From NCBI GenBank assembly GCA_964202905.1, contig CAXNJO010000003.1, positions 320,001 to 384,000 on the forward strand: a DNA stretch of 64,000 bases. The letters run 5' to 3'. Both the position numbers and the translations under genes were made by a program. Positions 52,629 to 64,000 of this stretch are shown here, piece by piece (position 1 is the first letter of the stretch; each line of letters begins with the position of its first letter). The notes under the pieces were generated by a model. The model was given only the letters and a program-made list of their open reading frames with translations. It did no database searches and was not told the DNA's origin. Source of the stretch: Polyangiales bacterium (GTDB lineage: Bacteria; Myxococcota_A; Polyangia; Polyangiales; JADJQN01).

Positions 52629-55619
52629 CACGCGCCCCTCCGACGGCGCAGGACGAGCGCCAGCAGGCCGAGCGCGAACAGCACCGAAGCGCCCCATGAC
52701 CCGCCCGTCGCCGGGTGCGCGGAACAGCCCGCGCCGCCCGCGACGCCGAACAGGCGCGGACCGGCGTCCGGCTCGCCCGCATCCGGCATACCGGCGTCCG
52801 ACTCGCCCGCATCGGGCGCGCCGGCGTCCGGCTCGCCCGCATCCGGCGTGCCCGCGTCGGGCATGCCCCCGTCGAGTTCCTCGCGACACGTCGCGGAGCA
52901 GCCGTCGCCGGACATCCGTGTTCGCCGTCGTCGCACATCTCGCCGGCCGGGGCGTTCAGCACGCCATCCCCGCACGACACCGCCGTGCAGTCGGCGTCGC
53001 AGGCCGCCGTCTCGGTCAGCGTCGTCGCACACCTCGCCGGCCGCCACGTTCACGGTGCCGTCTCCGCACGACACCGCCGTGCAGTTCCCATCACAGAGGG
53101 GGGTCTCCGTGCCGTCGTCGCAGGCCTCCCCGGCGTCGATGACGCGGTTGCCGCAGCTCTCGAGCGCGCACGTCGCGGAGCAGCCGTCGCCGGGCACCGT
53201 GTTCCCGTCGTCGCAGACCTCGTCCGCGAGAGGGTTCAGCGTCCCGTCGCCGCACATCACGGCCGTGCAGTCCGCGTCGCACACGGGCGAGGCGTCGCCC
53301 GCATCGCAGGCCTCACCCGCCGTGGCGTTGGATGTCCCATCGCCGCAACGCGCGAGGGAGCAGTCTGCGTCGCACATCGCGCTCTCGGCCCCGTCGTCGC
53401 AGGCCTCCCCCGCGTCGACGACCGCGTTGCCACACGCTTCCACGCGGCAACGGGTCGAGCAGCCGTCGCCGTCCGTCGCGTTCCCGTCGTCGCACTGCTC
53501 GGCGGCGAGCGCGTTGAGCGTCCCGTCGCCGCAGACGGCGGTCGAGCAGTCCGCATCGCACATCGCGCTCGCGGCCCCGTCGTCGCAGGCCTCCCCGGCC
53601 GCCGCGTTCCGCGTCGCATCGCCGCACGATGCGACCGTGCAGTCCGCATCACACGCCGCGCTCTCGCCGCCGTCGTCGCAGGCTTCGCCCGCGGCCCCGT
53701 TCAGCGTCCGGTCACCGCAGAGGGCCGCCGTGCAGTCCGCATCGCACATCGCGCTCGCGGCCCCGTCGTCGCAGGACTCCCCGGCCGCCGCGTTCCGCGT
53801 CGCATCGCCGCACGATGCGACCGTGCAGTCCGCATCACACGCCGCGCTCTCGCCGCCGTCGTCGCAGGCTTCGCCCGCGGCCCCGTTCAGCGTCCGGTCA
53901 CCGCAGAGGGCCGCCGTGCAGTCCACGTCGCACGTCGCGCTCGCCCCCGAGGTGTCGCACTCCTCGAGCACGTCGGTGAATCCGTTGCCGCAGACCTCGC
54001 GTCGGCAGGTCGTCGAGCAGCCGTCGCCACCGACGACGTTGCCGTCGTCGCAGGCTTCCCCCGCGGCGCCGTTCAGAGTCCGGTCGCCGCAGAGCGCCGC
54101 GGTGCAGTCCGCGTCGCACGTCGCGCTCGCCCCCGAGGTGTCGCACTCCTCGAGCACGTCGGTGAACCCGTTGCCGCAGACCTCGAGTCGGCAGGTCGTC
54201 GAGCAGCCGTCGCCACCCACGGCGTTGCCGTCGTCGCAGGCTTCCCCCGCGGCGCCGTTCAAAGTCCGGTCGCCACAGAGGGCCGCGGTGCAGTCCGCGT
54301 CGCACGTCGCGCTCGCGGCCCCATCGTCGCAGGCCTCGGCACCGACCCGCAGGCGGTCGCCACAGATCGACGTGCAGACGCTGGGCGAACCCGCGCAGTT
54401 CCAGCCGGGCTTCGACACCGCACGCGGCGTCGCACCCGTCGCCGGACCCCGCGTTTCCGTCGTCACAGGACTCCGTGCCTTCGACCACCCCATCGCCGCA
54501 CACCGAGGGCGTCGTGCAGGAGACGGATTCGGCGACCGAGCCTGGCGAGAGCGCGTACACGAAGGAGAACGAGCTCGACGCGCCCGGGGCCAGCGTCTTG
54601 CGGAACGCGATCGAGATCGCGATGTCGCCCGTCACGACCGACCCGGTCGCACACGTCAGACCGGCGCAATTCCAGACGCCATCGACGTCACGGTTCGAGA
54701 AACCGCCGTGCGTCACCCGCGCGTCGGGATCCGACGAGCCCAACGCGATGTAGGAGTCCGGGGCGCTCGTGGTCGCGCTGACCAACGCGAGCGAGGTGGG
54801 CGTCCCGTCGCCCTGCGCGACGATCGTGTTCGTCGTCCCGTAATTTCTCGTGACCGAGACCATGTTGTCCGGATCGACGTTGCGCATGTAGTAGACGGTC
54901 TGCGTCGAAGACGTCCCGTTGGTCAGGGTGACCTGGACGAGGATGAACACACCCTCGTTGAACACCGAGTAGGTCTGGTCGACCCCGATGCCGGCGGCGC
55001 TGCCCGACCAATACGTCGAGGCTCCCCCGCGCAGACCGCAGATGCGAGGGCGGCAGTCGGTTCGGGCGCCGGTGAAGTCGCCCACGATGCCGCGCTGGCT
55101 CATCAGCCGACTCGTGAAGTAATCAACGCCGCCGACGTTCAGACCAAAGCCCTCTTCGGGCGTGCCGGGCGTGAAGAAATCCCCTTGGAAATTGACCCAG
55201 CCGTCGTCGCTCGGGTTGGCGACGAACCCGAACCGGCTGGGGTTGTCGGGATTCCGGGGATGCCAACCGGCGGGCGGGGGTGTCGGGGTCCCGAAAGACC
55301 CCCAGTCGGTCGCGCCGACCTCGATCAACCTCGAGCGCAGGAACGACGAAGTCCCGACCGGGTCGTAGAGGACCTCGCAAAAGGCATCGCAGCCCGCCAG
55401 GTCCACCGAGCGCCCGCCGCGCGTGCGTGGGCAGATGTCACGGACGTTCGGCACGCCGTCGCCATCACCGTCCTGGGCGAACGCCGTGGCCGGCGCGAGC
55501 ACGGCGAGGACGAGGCCCAGCCGAAGGAGGCCGAGGCCCTGCAGCCTGCGTCGCACAAGGCCCACATCCTTCGAGCGCGATCGCGACGACACGTTCACGA
55601 CTGGGGCAGTCTGAGACAT
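52628..55619 (-). CDS. Cell-surface Cys-rich repeat adhesin with MYXO-CTERM (TraA-like architecture; frameshift near 54410 and a compensating pair near 52910-53020)
   Basis: Signal peptide ...APATAFA/Q, one TSP3-like motif, head of about 300 aa, many CGDG...GEACDDG (DUF4215-type) repeats, PDAG linker, GGAGC + TM + RRRR tail. Stop overlaps the next ATG (TGATG). Start is 55619 or GTG 55565. Confidence 0.85.
53546..54300 (-). repeat. Four in-frame 186-bp (62-aa) tandem blocks forming two near-identical pairs
   Basis: Blocks start at 53546, 53732, 53918 and 54104; 1 vs 2 and 3 vs 4 are near-identical at DNA level. Confidence 0.85.
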
Positions 55620-55752
55620 CGTGAATCGACTCTCCTGCCGCCCGGGCGGCGCACGAACCTTCCGAACCTGACCCTGGAACCGGACCGCTGCGTGACCGAA
55701 CGTGAGCGGGGGCTCCCGAACGCCGCTGCGACGACCGCGGCGCGCCTCCCCA

Positions 55753-56768
55753 TCAGCCCTCTTCCGCCTTGTGACACGCGACCTCGTGCCCGGGCGCGAC
55801 GGCGCGGAGCGGCGGGGGCTTCACGTCGCAGAGGCCGCGCTCGACGATCGGGCAGCGCGGGTGGAAGCTGCAGCCCGTGGGCGGGTCGAGAGGGCTCGGC
55901 ACATCGCCCTCGAGCAGGATCCGCACGCGCTTCTTCGTCGGGTCGGGGACGGGGATCGCCGAGAGCAGCGCGCGCGTATACGGGTGTTTGGGGACGTCGT
56001 AGATCCGCGCGGAGGGCGCGATCTCGACGACGCGCCCGAGATACATGACCGCGACGCGGTGACTCATGTATTCGACGACCTTCAGGTCGTGGGCGATGAA
56101 CAGATACGAGAGCCCGAGCTCGTCTTGAAGGTCTTTGAGCAGATTGACGATCTGCGCCTGAATCGAGACGTCGAGCGCGCTGATCGGCTCGTCAGCGACG
56201 ATGAAGCGGGGCTGTACGGCGAGCGCGCGCGCGATGCCGATGCGCTGCCGCTGCCCGCCCGAGAACTCGTGCGGATAACGCGTCATCTGATCGGCGCGCA
56301 GGCCGACGCGCACGAGGAGCTGCGCGACCTTGTCCTCTTCGTCCTTGCCCGAAGTGACGAGCCCGTGGATGCGCATCGCCTCGCCCACCGTCTGCCGCAC
56401 GGTCATGCGCGGATTCAGCGAGCTGTACGGATCCTGGAAGATGATCTGCATCGAGCGGCGCAGCGGGCGGAGCGCGCGCTGCGGCACGTGCGTGATGTCC
56501 TGACCATCGAAGCGGATGGTGCCGCTCGTCGGCTCGATGAGCCGCAGCACCACGCGGCCGAGCGTGCTCTTGCCACAGCCCGACTCGCCGACGAGCCCGA
56601 GCGTCTCGCCGGGCGCGATCGAGAGCGACACGCCGTCCACGGCGCGCACGGCCCCCTTCGCGCGGCCGAAGAAGCCGCCGCGCACCGCGAAGTGCCGCGT
56701 GAGCCCTTCGAGCTCGACGAGCGGCGCCCTCGCGTCGGTCGATGGGGCCTCGTTCGTCTCCGCGCCGC

Positions 56769-56772
<4 letters not shown>
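55753..56772 (-). CDS. oppF: Oligopeptide/dipeptide ABC transporter ATP-binding subunit
   Basis: [44 protein letters not shown]. Confidence 0.92.
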
Positions 56773-57767
<995 letters not shown>

Positions 57768-57852
57768 CGACGCGCGACTCTATCAGCAGGTGGGGCTGGA
57801 CACGCAGCTTCGTGCGGAGGATCGCGGCGATTCCGCGCGTGGACCGGCGCGC

Positions 57853-59223
57853 TCACACACGCGCGACGGCGCGCCGCGTGAGCACGACGAAGCGCGCGAG
57901 CAGCGCGGCCGCGACCCCCGTGAGGCCCGCGCTCAGGCCCCACCAGAGCCCCGGCGCGCCCCAACCCAGCCCGAACGCCAGCACGAGGCTGGTCGGCAGC
58001 CCGATCACGTAGTGCCCGACGAGGTTGGAGAGCAGCGGCCAGCGCACGTCGCCCGCCCCGCGCAAGGCCCCCGACGCGACCGCCTGCACTCCGTCGGAGA
58101 GCTGAAAAAACGCGGCGATCGCGACGAGCGGCACCGCCGCGCGCACGACGCGCGCGTCCACCGCGAACACCCGGGCGAGCGGCTCGCCCGCCGCGACGAA
58201 GAGCAGCGCGCAGAGCAGCATGAACGCGGCGCCTGCGCCGATCGCGACGAGCCCCGCGCGGCGCGTGCCTTCCGCGTCCCCCCGACCGATCGCCTGACCG
58301 ACGCGAACCGACGCCGCCGAGCCGATCCCGAGCGGCACCATGAAGGTCGTGCTCGCGAGCTGCAGCGCGACCTGGTGCGCCGCGAGGCTGGTCCGCCCGA
58401 GCTGGCCCATGACGACCGAGGCGAGCGCGAAAATCCCGACCTCCGCGAGCATCTGCAGGCCGATCGGCGCGCCGAGGGCGAGCACGTGCCACGCGATCGC
58501 GGGCTCGAGCCGCCGCACCGAGCCCGGCCCCGGCGGTGTCGGCATGCGGCGCAGCGCGAGGCCGACCACGAGCAACTGCACGAACGTCGCGACCGAGCTC
58601 GCGAGTCCCGCGCCGAGGAGCCCGAGCGCAGGCACGCCGAGCGGCGGCAGCCCGACGCGCACGAGCGCCGCGTCGCCGAACACGAGCAGCGCGCACAGCG
58701 GCGCGTTCACGAGGTTCGCGGCGAGCACCGCGAACACCATCGCGCGCGTCGCGCCGCGCCCCTGGAGGTAGCTCCGCAGCGCGGCGAACACGAGGAAAGG
58801 CAGGATGCTCGGCAGCCGCCCGAAGAGGAAGGCGCGCGTCGGCGGCAGCGTCTCCGGGTCCTGGCCGGTGAAGCCGAGCAGCGCGGCGCACGCGACCACG
58901 AGCGCGACGAGCGGCAGCGTCAGCCCGCATGCGCTCCACACGCCCTGCCACATCAGCGCGCGCGCGCGGCGCTCCTCCCCGGCGCCGATCGCCTGCGCGA
59001 TGAGCGGATCGAGGCCGAGCATCGCGCCGAGGCCGAGCACCGTGATCGCGAAGAACACGGCGTTTCCGAGGCCGATGGCCGCGAGCGCGGTCTCGCCCGC
59101 GCGCCCGACGAGGATGGTGTCGACGACCGAGAGCAGGATGTTCCCGAGGCTCGCGCCGGCGATCGGCAGCCCGAGCCGCAGCAGCGCGGCGAACTCCGCG
59201 GCGATGGGGCCGCGGACCGTCAC
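57853..59223 (-). CDS. MATE family efflux transporter (NorM-like)
   Basis: VDTILVGR, LAAHQVAL, ASVRVG..IG, FQLSDGVQ, GALRGAGD, GLWWGL. GTG at 59223. Confidence 0.9.
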   Translation of the reverse strand: MTVRGPIAAEFAALLRLGLPIAGASLGNILLSVVDTILVGRAGETALAAIGLGNAVFFAITVLGLGAMLGLDPLIAQAIGAGEERRARALMWQGVWSACGLTLPLVALVVACAALLGFTGQDPETLPPTRAFLFGRLPSILPFLVFAALRSYLQGRGATRAMVFAVLAANLVNAPLCALLVFGDAALVRVGLPPLGVPALGLLGAGLASSVATFVQLLVVGLALRRMPTPPGPGSVRRLEPAIAWHVLALGAPIGLQMLAEVGIFALASVVMGQLGRTSLAAHQVALQLASTTFMVPLGIGSAASVRVGQAIGRGDAEGTRRAGLVAIGAGAAFMLLCALLFVAAGEPLARVFAVDARVVRAAVPLVAIAAFFQLSDGVQAVASGALRGAGDVRWPLLSNLVGHYVIGLPTSLVLAFGLGWGAPGLWWGLSAGLTGVAAALLARFVVLTRRAVARV

Positions 59224-59867
59224 TGCACGGACGTGATGCGCGCGGAGATCATGAAGATGCCGAGCGTCCCGCTCGCATCGTCGCGCAACGTGAGCGTGCC
59301 GGCCCGCGTGTCGAGCATGAGCGCTCCGTCGCCGTCGGCGCTCGTCGTCTGGCCGTCGTCGCCGACGACCACGGGCGGCTGCGCGTCGAACGTGCACGGG
59401 AAGAAGCCCGACGCACCACCCCCATACACGAGGGTATCGCCGCAGCGCACCGCCGTGCGGCACCAGCGCTCGGACGAGTCCGTCGCGCGCGGCGGGTTCT
59501 CGACCACGAGCGTGCAGACCTGCCCCGCGCGCACCGCGAGGCTGCTCCCGAACGCGCTCTCGACGGTCGCCTCGATCGCGACGCGCGGGACCGCGCCCGG
59601 GTTGCCGAGGCAGCGCCGCTTGAAGTCCGCGAACGACTCGCCGGGGTTCGGCTGATCGCAGTCGGTCGCCGGGGGACGTTCGCCCGCGGCGGGCTGGCGC
59701 GGGCGCACCTCCAGCCGGGCGCGCTCCGCCTGCTCGCGCGCCTGCTGCTCCTGCCTGTAACGGTGCAGGAGCAGCCCGCCGGCGCCGCTCACGCAGCAGC
59801 CGAACAGCAGGAAGAGCGCGGCCCCGCCGAGGATCCACGGGACGTTCGAGCGCTGGCCGGCCGTCAA
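59220..59867 (-). CDS. Hypothetical membrane-anchored Cys-containing protein
   Basis: TTG overlapping the speB stop; TM WILGGAALFLLFGCC; CRTAVRCGDTLVYG..GFFPC, TSADGD. Confidence 0.65.
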   Translation of the reverse strand: MTAGQRSNVPWILGGAALFLLFGCCVSGAGGLLLHRYRQEQQAREQAERARLEVRPRQPAAGERPPATDCDQPNPGESFADFKRRCLGNPGAVPRVAIEATVESAFGSSLAVRAGQVCTLVVENPPRATDSSERWCRTAVRCGDTLVYGGGASGFFPCTFDAQPPVVVGDDGQTTSADGDGALMLDTRAGTLTLRDDASGTLGIFMISARITSVQ

Positions 59868-60829
59868 GGGGCGTTGCCCGCGCGCGTCGCGGCGAGCGAG
59901 GCGAGCAGCTCCGTGAGCAAGGTCGCCGCGAGGAGCGTCGTGCCGCCGCTCGGGTCGTGCTCGGGCGAGATCTCGACGACGTCGAGGCCCACCATGTCGA
60001 TCCCGACGAGGCCGCGCACGAGCGTGAGCGCCTCCCAGCTCGTCATGCCGCCGGGGACCGGCGTGCCCGTGCCCGGCGCGTAGGCCGGATCGATCCCGTC
60101 GAGGTCGAAGGACACGTAGAACTTCCCGCGGCCGCGCAGCCCCGCGAGCTCCGCGAGCACCGCGTCGAGCGAGCGCTTGATCTCGTCGATCATCACGACG
60201 CGGAAGCCGTGTTCCCGAGCAAAATCGAGGTCGTTCGCGGCGGTGAAGGGGCCGCGAATGCCGAGCTGGACGACGTCGCGCGGCCGCAGCAGACCCTCCT
60301 CGACCGCCTTGCGAAAGACGGTGCCGTGGTGGAGGTCGATGTCCCACGCGGGGCCGAAGGTGTCGCTGTGCGCATCGAAGTGCACCAGCCCGAGCGGGCC
60401 GTGCACCCGGGCGAGGGCGCGCAGCGGCGCGAGCGAGATCGTGTGATCGCCGCCGACGAAGACGGGCACCGCGCCCGCGGCCGCGATCTGCGCGGCGCGC
60501 GCCTCGATCGCCGCGAGCGAGCGCTCGACACTCATCGGCACGCACGCGACGTCGCCGCCGTCCGCGCAGCGCAGGTGCGCGAAGAGATCGACGCCCTGCG
60601 CGGGGTGGAAGCCGCGCGTCAGGGCGCTCGCCTGCCGCACGCCGCGCGGGCCGAAGCGCGCGCCCGGGCGGTACGTGGTGCCGCCATCGAAGGGCGCGCC
60701 GCAGATCAGCACGTCCACGTCGTGCGGGTCGTCGCGCAGCGGCAGCCGCAGGAAGGTGGGGACGCCCGCGAAGCGCGGCACCTCGCGCGTGGAGACGGGC
60801 CTCAACTCACTCGTGGACGGCTTCTTCAT
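59864..60829 (-). CDS. speB: Agmatinase (ureohydrolase family)
   Basis: PRFAG..TF.RLP, GARFGP, GGDHT, HFDAHSD, HGT, SFDLDGIDP, PGTGTP, DVVEISP. Confidence 0.9.
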   Translation of the reverse strand: MKKPSTSELRPVSTREVPRFAGVPTFLRLPLRDDPHDVDVLICGAPFDGGTTYRPGARFGPRGVRQASALTRGFHPAQGVDLFAHLRCADGGDVACVPMSVERSLAAIEARAAQIAAAGAVPVFVGGDHTISLAPLRALARVHGPLGLVHFDAHSDTFGPAWDIDLHHGTVFRKAVEEGLLRPRDVVQLGIRGPFTAANDLDFAREHGFRVVMIDEIKRSLDAVLAELAGLRGRGKFYVSFDLDGIDPAYAPGTGTPVPGGMTSWEALTLVRGLVGIDMVGLDVVEISPEHDPSGGTTLLAATLLTELLASLAATRAGNAP

Positions 60830-61779
60830 GGTCCCCCCGAAGCTCCAGATTCTCCAGATTTTTGTCCTGCGCGCGCGCCCTGCGCCCCACCGTCGGCAGC
60901 GTCTTCCGCGGCGACGTCCGCAGCGCCGGGCGGCACGAAGTCCTCGTCGCAGCGGGCTTCCCGCACGGCGAGGCCGGGCGCCGGGGTCTGCGCGAACGCG
61001 CCTTCGGGGACGCGGACGTTGAGCGCGATCTCTTCGAAGCGCAGGCGCAGGTCCGTGCCGCGCCCCGGGTGCTCGAAGAAGACCTCGTACGGCACCGCGA
61101 CGCCCTGCGCGCCGATCGGCACGACCCGGTAGTCGTCGTACGTCACGCGCCAACGCGTCGCGCCGCGCGGGTCGAAGACTTCGGTGCGCAGCAGGCGCAG
61201 GCGCTGCGCGTCGGGGGCCGCGTCCGCGTCCTCCGCGCGCACGGCGAGGTCGATCTCCTGACGCCCCCCGTCGCGCCCGTGGAGCACGATGCGGTAGCGG
61301 CCGTCGTCGGGGTCGACCGCGATCGACGTGCGCACGCTCGCGATGCGCGGCGTCCCGCCGAGCAGGAGCCGCCCGACCTGCTCGCTCGTGAGCGGCATCG
61401 CGAGCAGGCGCGCGATGTTCGAGGCGCACGCGCGCCCCGTGAGGAAGGTGCGCTCGCGCAGGTCCGAGAGCGCGAAGCGCGTGCCGTCGCTCGTGAGCAC
61501 GGCCGCGGGGCCGAACTGCGTCATCACGTCGAAGCGCACGCGGTCGGGCCGCTCGACGAACATCAGCAGCGTCCCGCGCACGCGGCCGTCGCTGCCGCGC
61601 TGATCCGCGCGCGCTTCGGCGCGCAACGAGCGCACGCGGGCGCGGAGCGCGTCGTGGGTGTCGAGCGCGCGCTCGGCGTCGACGAAGGCCTGGCTCGGAC
61701 GCACGACGCGCGGACACCCCGCGAGGCACGGCAGCGTGAGCGTGAGCGCGAGCGCGAGCAGGCTGATCGGCAGGCGCAT
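60826..61779 (-). CDS. Lipoprotein of LolA/LolB-like fold (DUF4292-like)
   Basis: Lipobox LAGC, ERPDRVRFDV..FG, LTSDGTRFAL, A...NIARLL, LN....AF. Confidence 0.6.
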   Translation of the reverse strand: MRLPISLLALALTLTLPCLAGCPRVVRPSQAFVDAERALDTHDALRARVRSLRAEARADQRGSDGRVRGTLLMFVERPDRVRFDVMTQFGPAAVLTSDGTRFALSDLRERTFLTGRACASNIARLLAMPLTSEQVGRLLLGGTPRIASVRTSIAVDPDDGRYRIVLHGRDGGRQEIDLAVRAEDADAAPDAQRLRLLRTEVFDPRGATRWRVTYDDYRVVPIGAQGVAVPYEVFFEHPGRGTDLRLRFEEIALNVRVPEGAFAQTPAPGLAVREARCDEDFVPPGAADVAAEDAADGGAQGARAGQKSGESGASGGP

Positions 61780-61854
61780 GCGGTCGCGAGCGTAGCCCCG
61801 CGCCCCGGCCGCGCCACCGACACCACGGGGCCACGCGGCCCGCGCGCGCGGGGC

Positions 61855-63747
<1,893 letters not shown>

Positions 63748-63814
63748 GGTCGCGGCCGATTGTGGTGCGACGACCGGCCTTGTCGAGGCGGGGCGCGGCC
63801 GTCGCGCGCGCGGA

Positions 63815-64000
63815 TCAGCGCGGTGCGCCGTCGGCAATCCAGGCGCGGAACGCCTCGATCGTCGCGGGCGGCAGATACGGACCGCCGAGCGGCATGCGGC
63901 TCCCGCAGGCGGCGCCATCCGGCGTGCCGTCGCCCTCGAGCTTCTGGATGAGGAGCGAGCCAGCCGGGTCGCCCGGGACGACGCGCGTGCGGGGCGCGTC
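63815..64000 (-). CDS. Partial CDS: C-terminus of a Planctomycete-type cytochrome c-like domain
   Basis: Manual translation RVVPGDPAGSLLIQKLEG...GSRMPLGGPYLPPATIEAFRAWIADGAPR*; any haem motif would lie outside the window. Confidence 0.65.
   Translation of the reverse strand, partial: DAPRTRVVPGDPAGSLLIQKLEGDGTPDGAACGSRMPLGGPYLPPATIEAFRAWIADGAPR

Noticed and set aside
50652..56048. 1798-aa plus-strand ORF with repeats
   Set aside because: Antisense shadow of the adhesin and OmpA genes; stop codons are rare in GC-rich DNA and the repeats mirror the Cys repeats.

Overview
High-GC window whose gene content (MYXO-CTERM tails, Cys-rich DUF4215-type repeats, Tgl-like pilotin, acidic Pro-rich lipoprotein N-termini) points to a myxobacterium, probably Polyangiales/Sandaracinaceae-like; this is inference only. 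Nearly all of the very long Arg/Ala-rich ORFs in the supplied track are GC shadow ORFs. Real content, left to right: (i) an accessory/defence island at about 2.7-11.5 kb with a heavily frameshifted type I R-M locus (hsdM-hsdS-GIY-YIG/DUF4357-hsdR), a small-gene remnant pair and a lower-GC Hint-domain gene; (ii) a four-gene outer-membrane operon of two related beta-barrels bracketing a ceramidase-fold lipoprotein and a second lipoprotein; (iii) mostly housekeeping genes (rnr, thymidine phosphorylase, acyl-CoA dehydrogenase, G3P acyltransferase, gpsA-like, dusB, rnd, dciA, trpF-like, recO, tgl-like, Crp), with an FHA/Zn-ribbon/TM/transglutaminase-like protease next to a GGDEF-EAL protein and an MCP-less che cluster; (iv) a GH31 enzyme plus a translationally coupled MYXO-CTERM Cys-repeat adhesin and barrel-TSP3-OmpA pair with TraA/TraB-like architecture; (v) oppD/F, MATE, agmatinase, a DUF4292-like lipoprotein and a YitJ-like gene. 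The best candidates for new biology are the TraAB-like pair with a non-canonical head and stalk, the double-barrel/ceramidase operon, the FHA-linked LapG-like protease, and the Asn-less Hint protein. No rRNA, tRNA, CRISPR array, integrase or transposase was recognised. All family assignments are by-eye motif recognition, not database searches.
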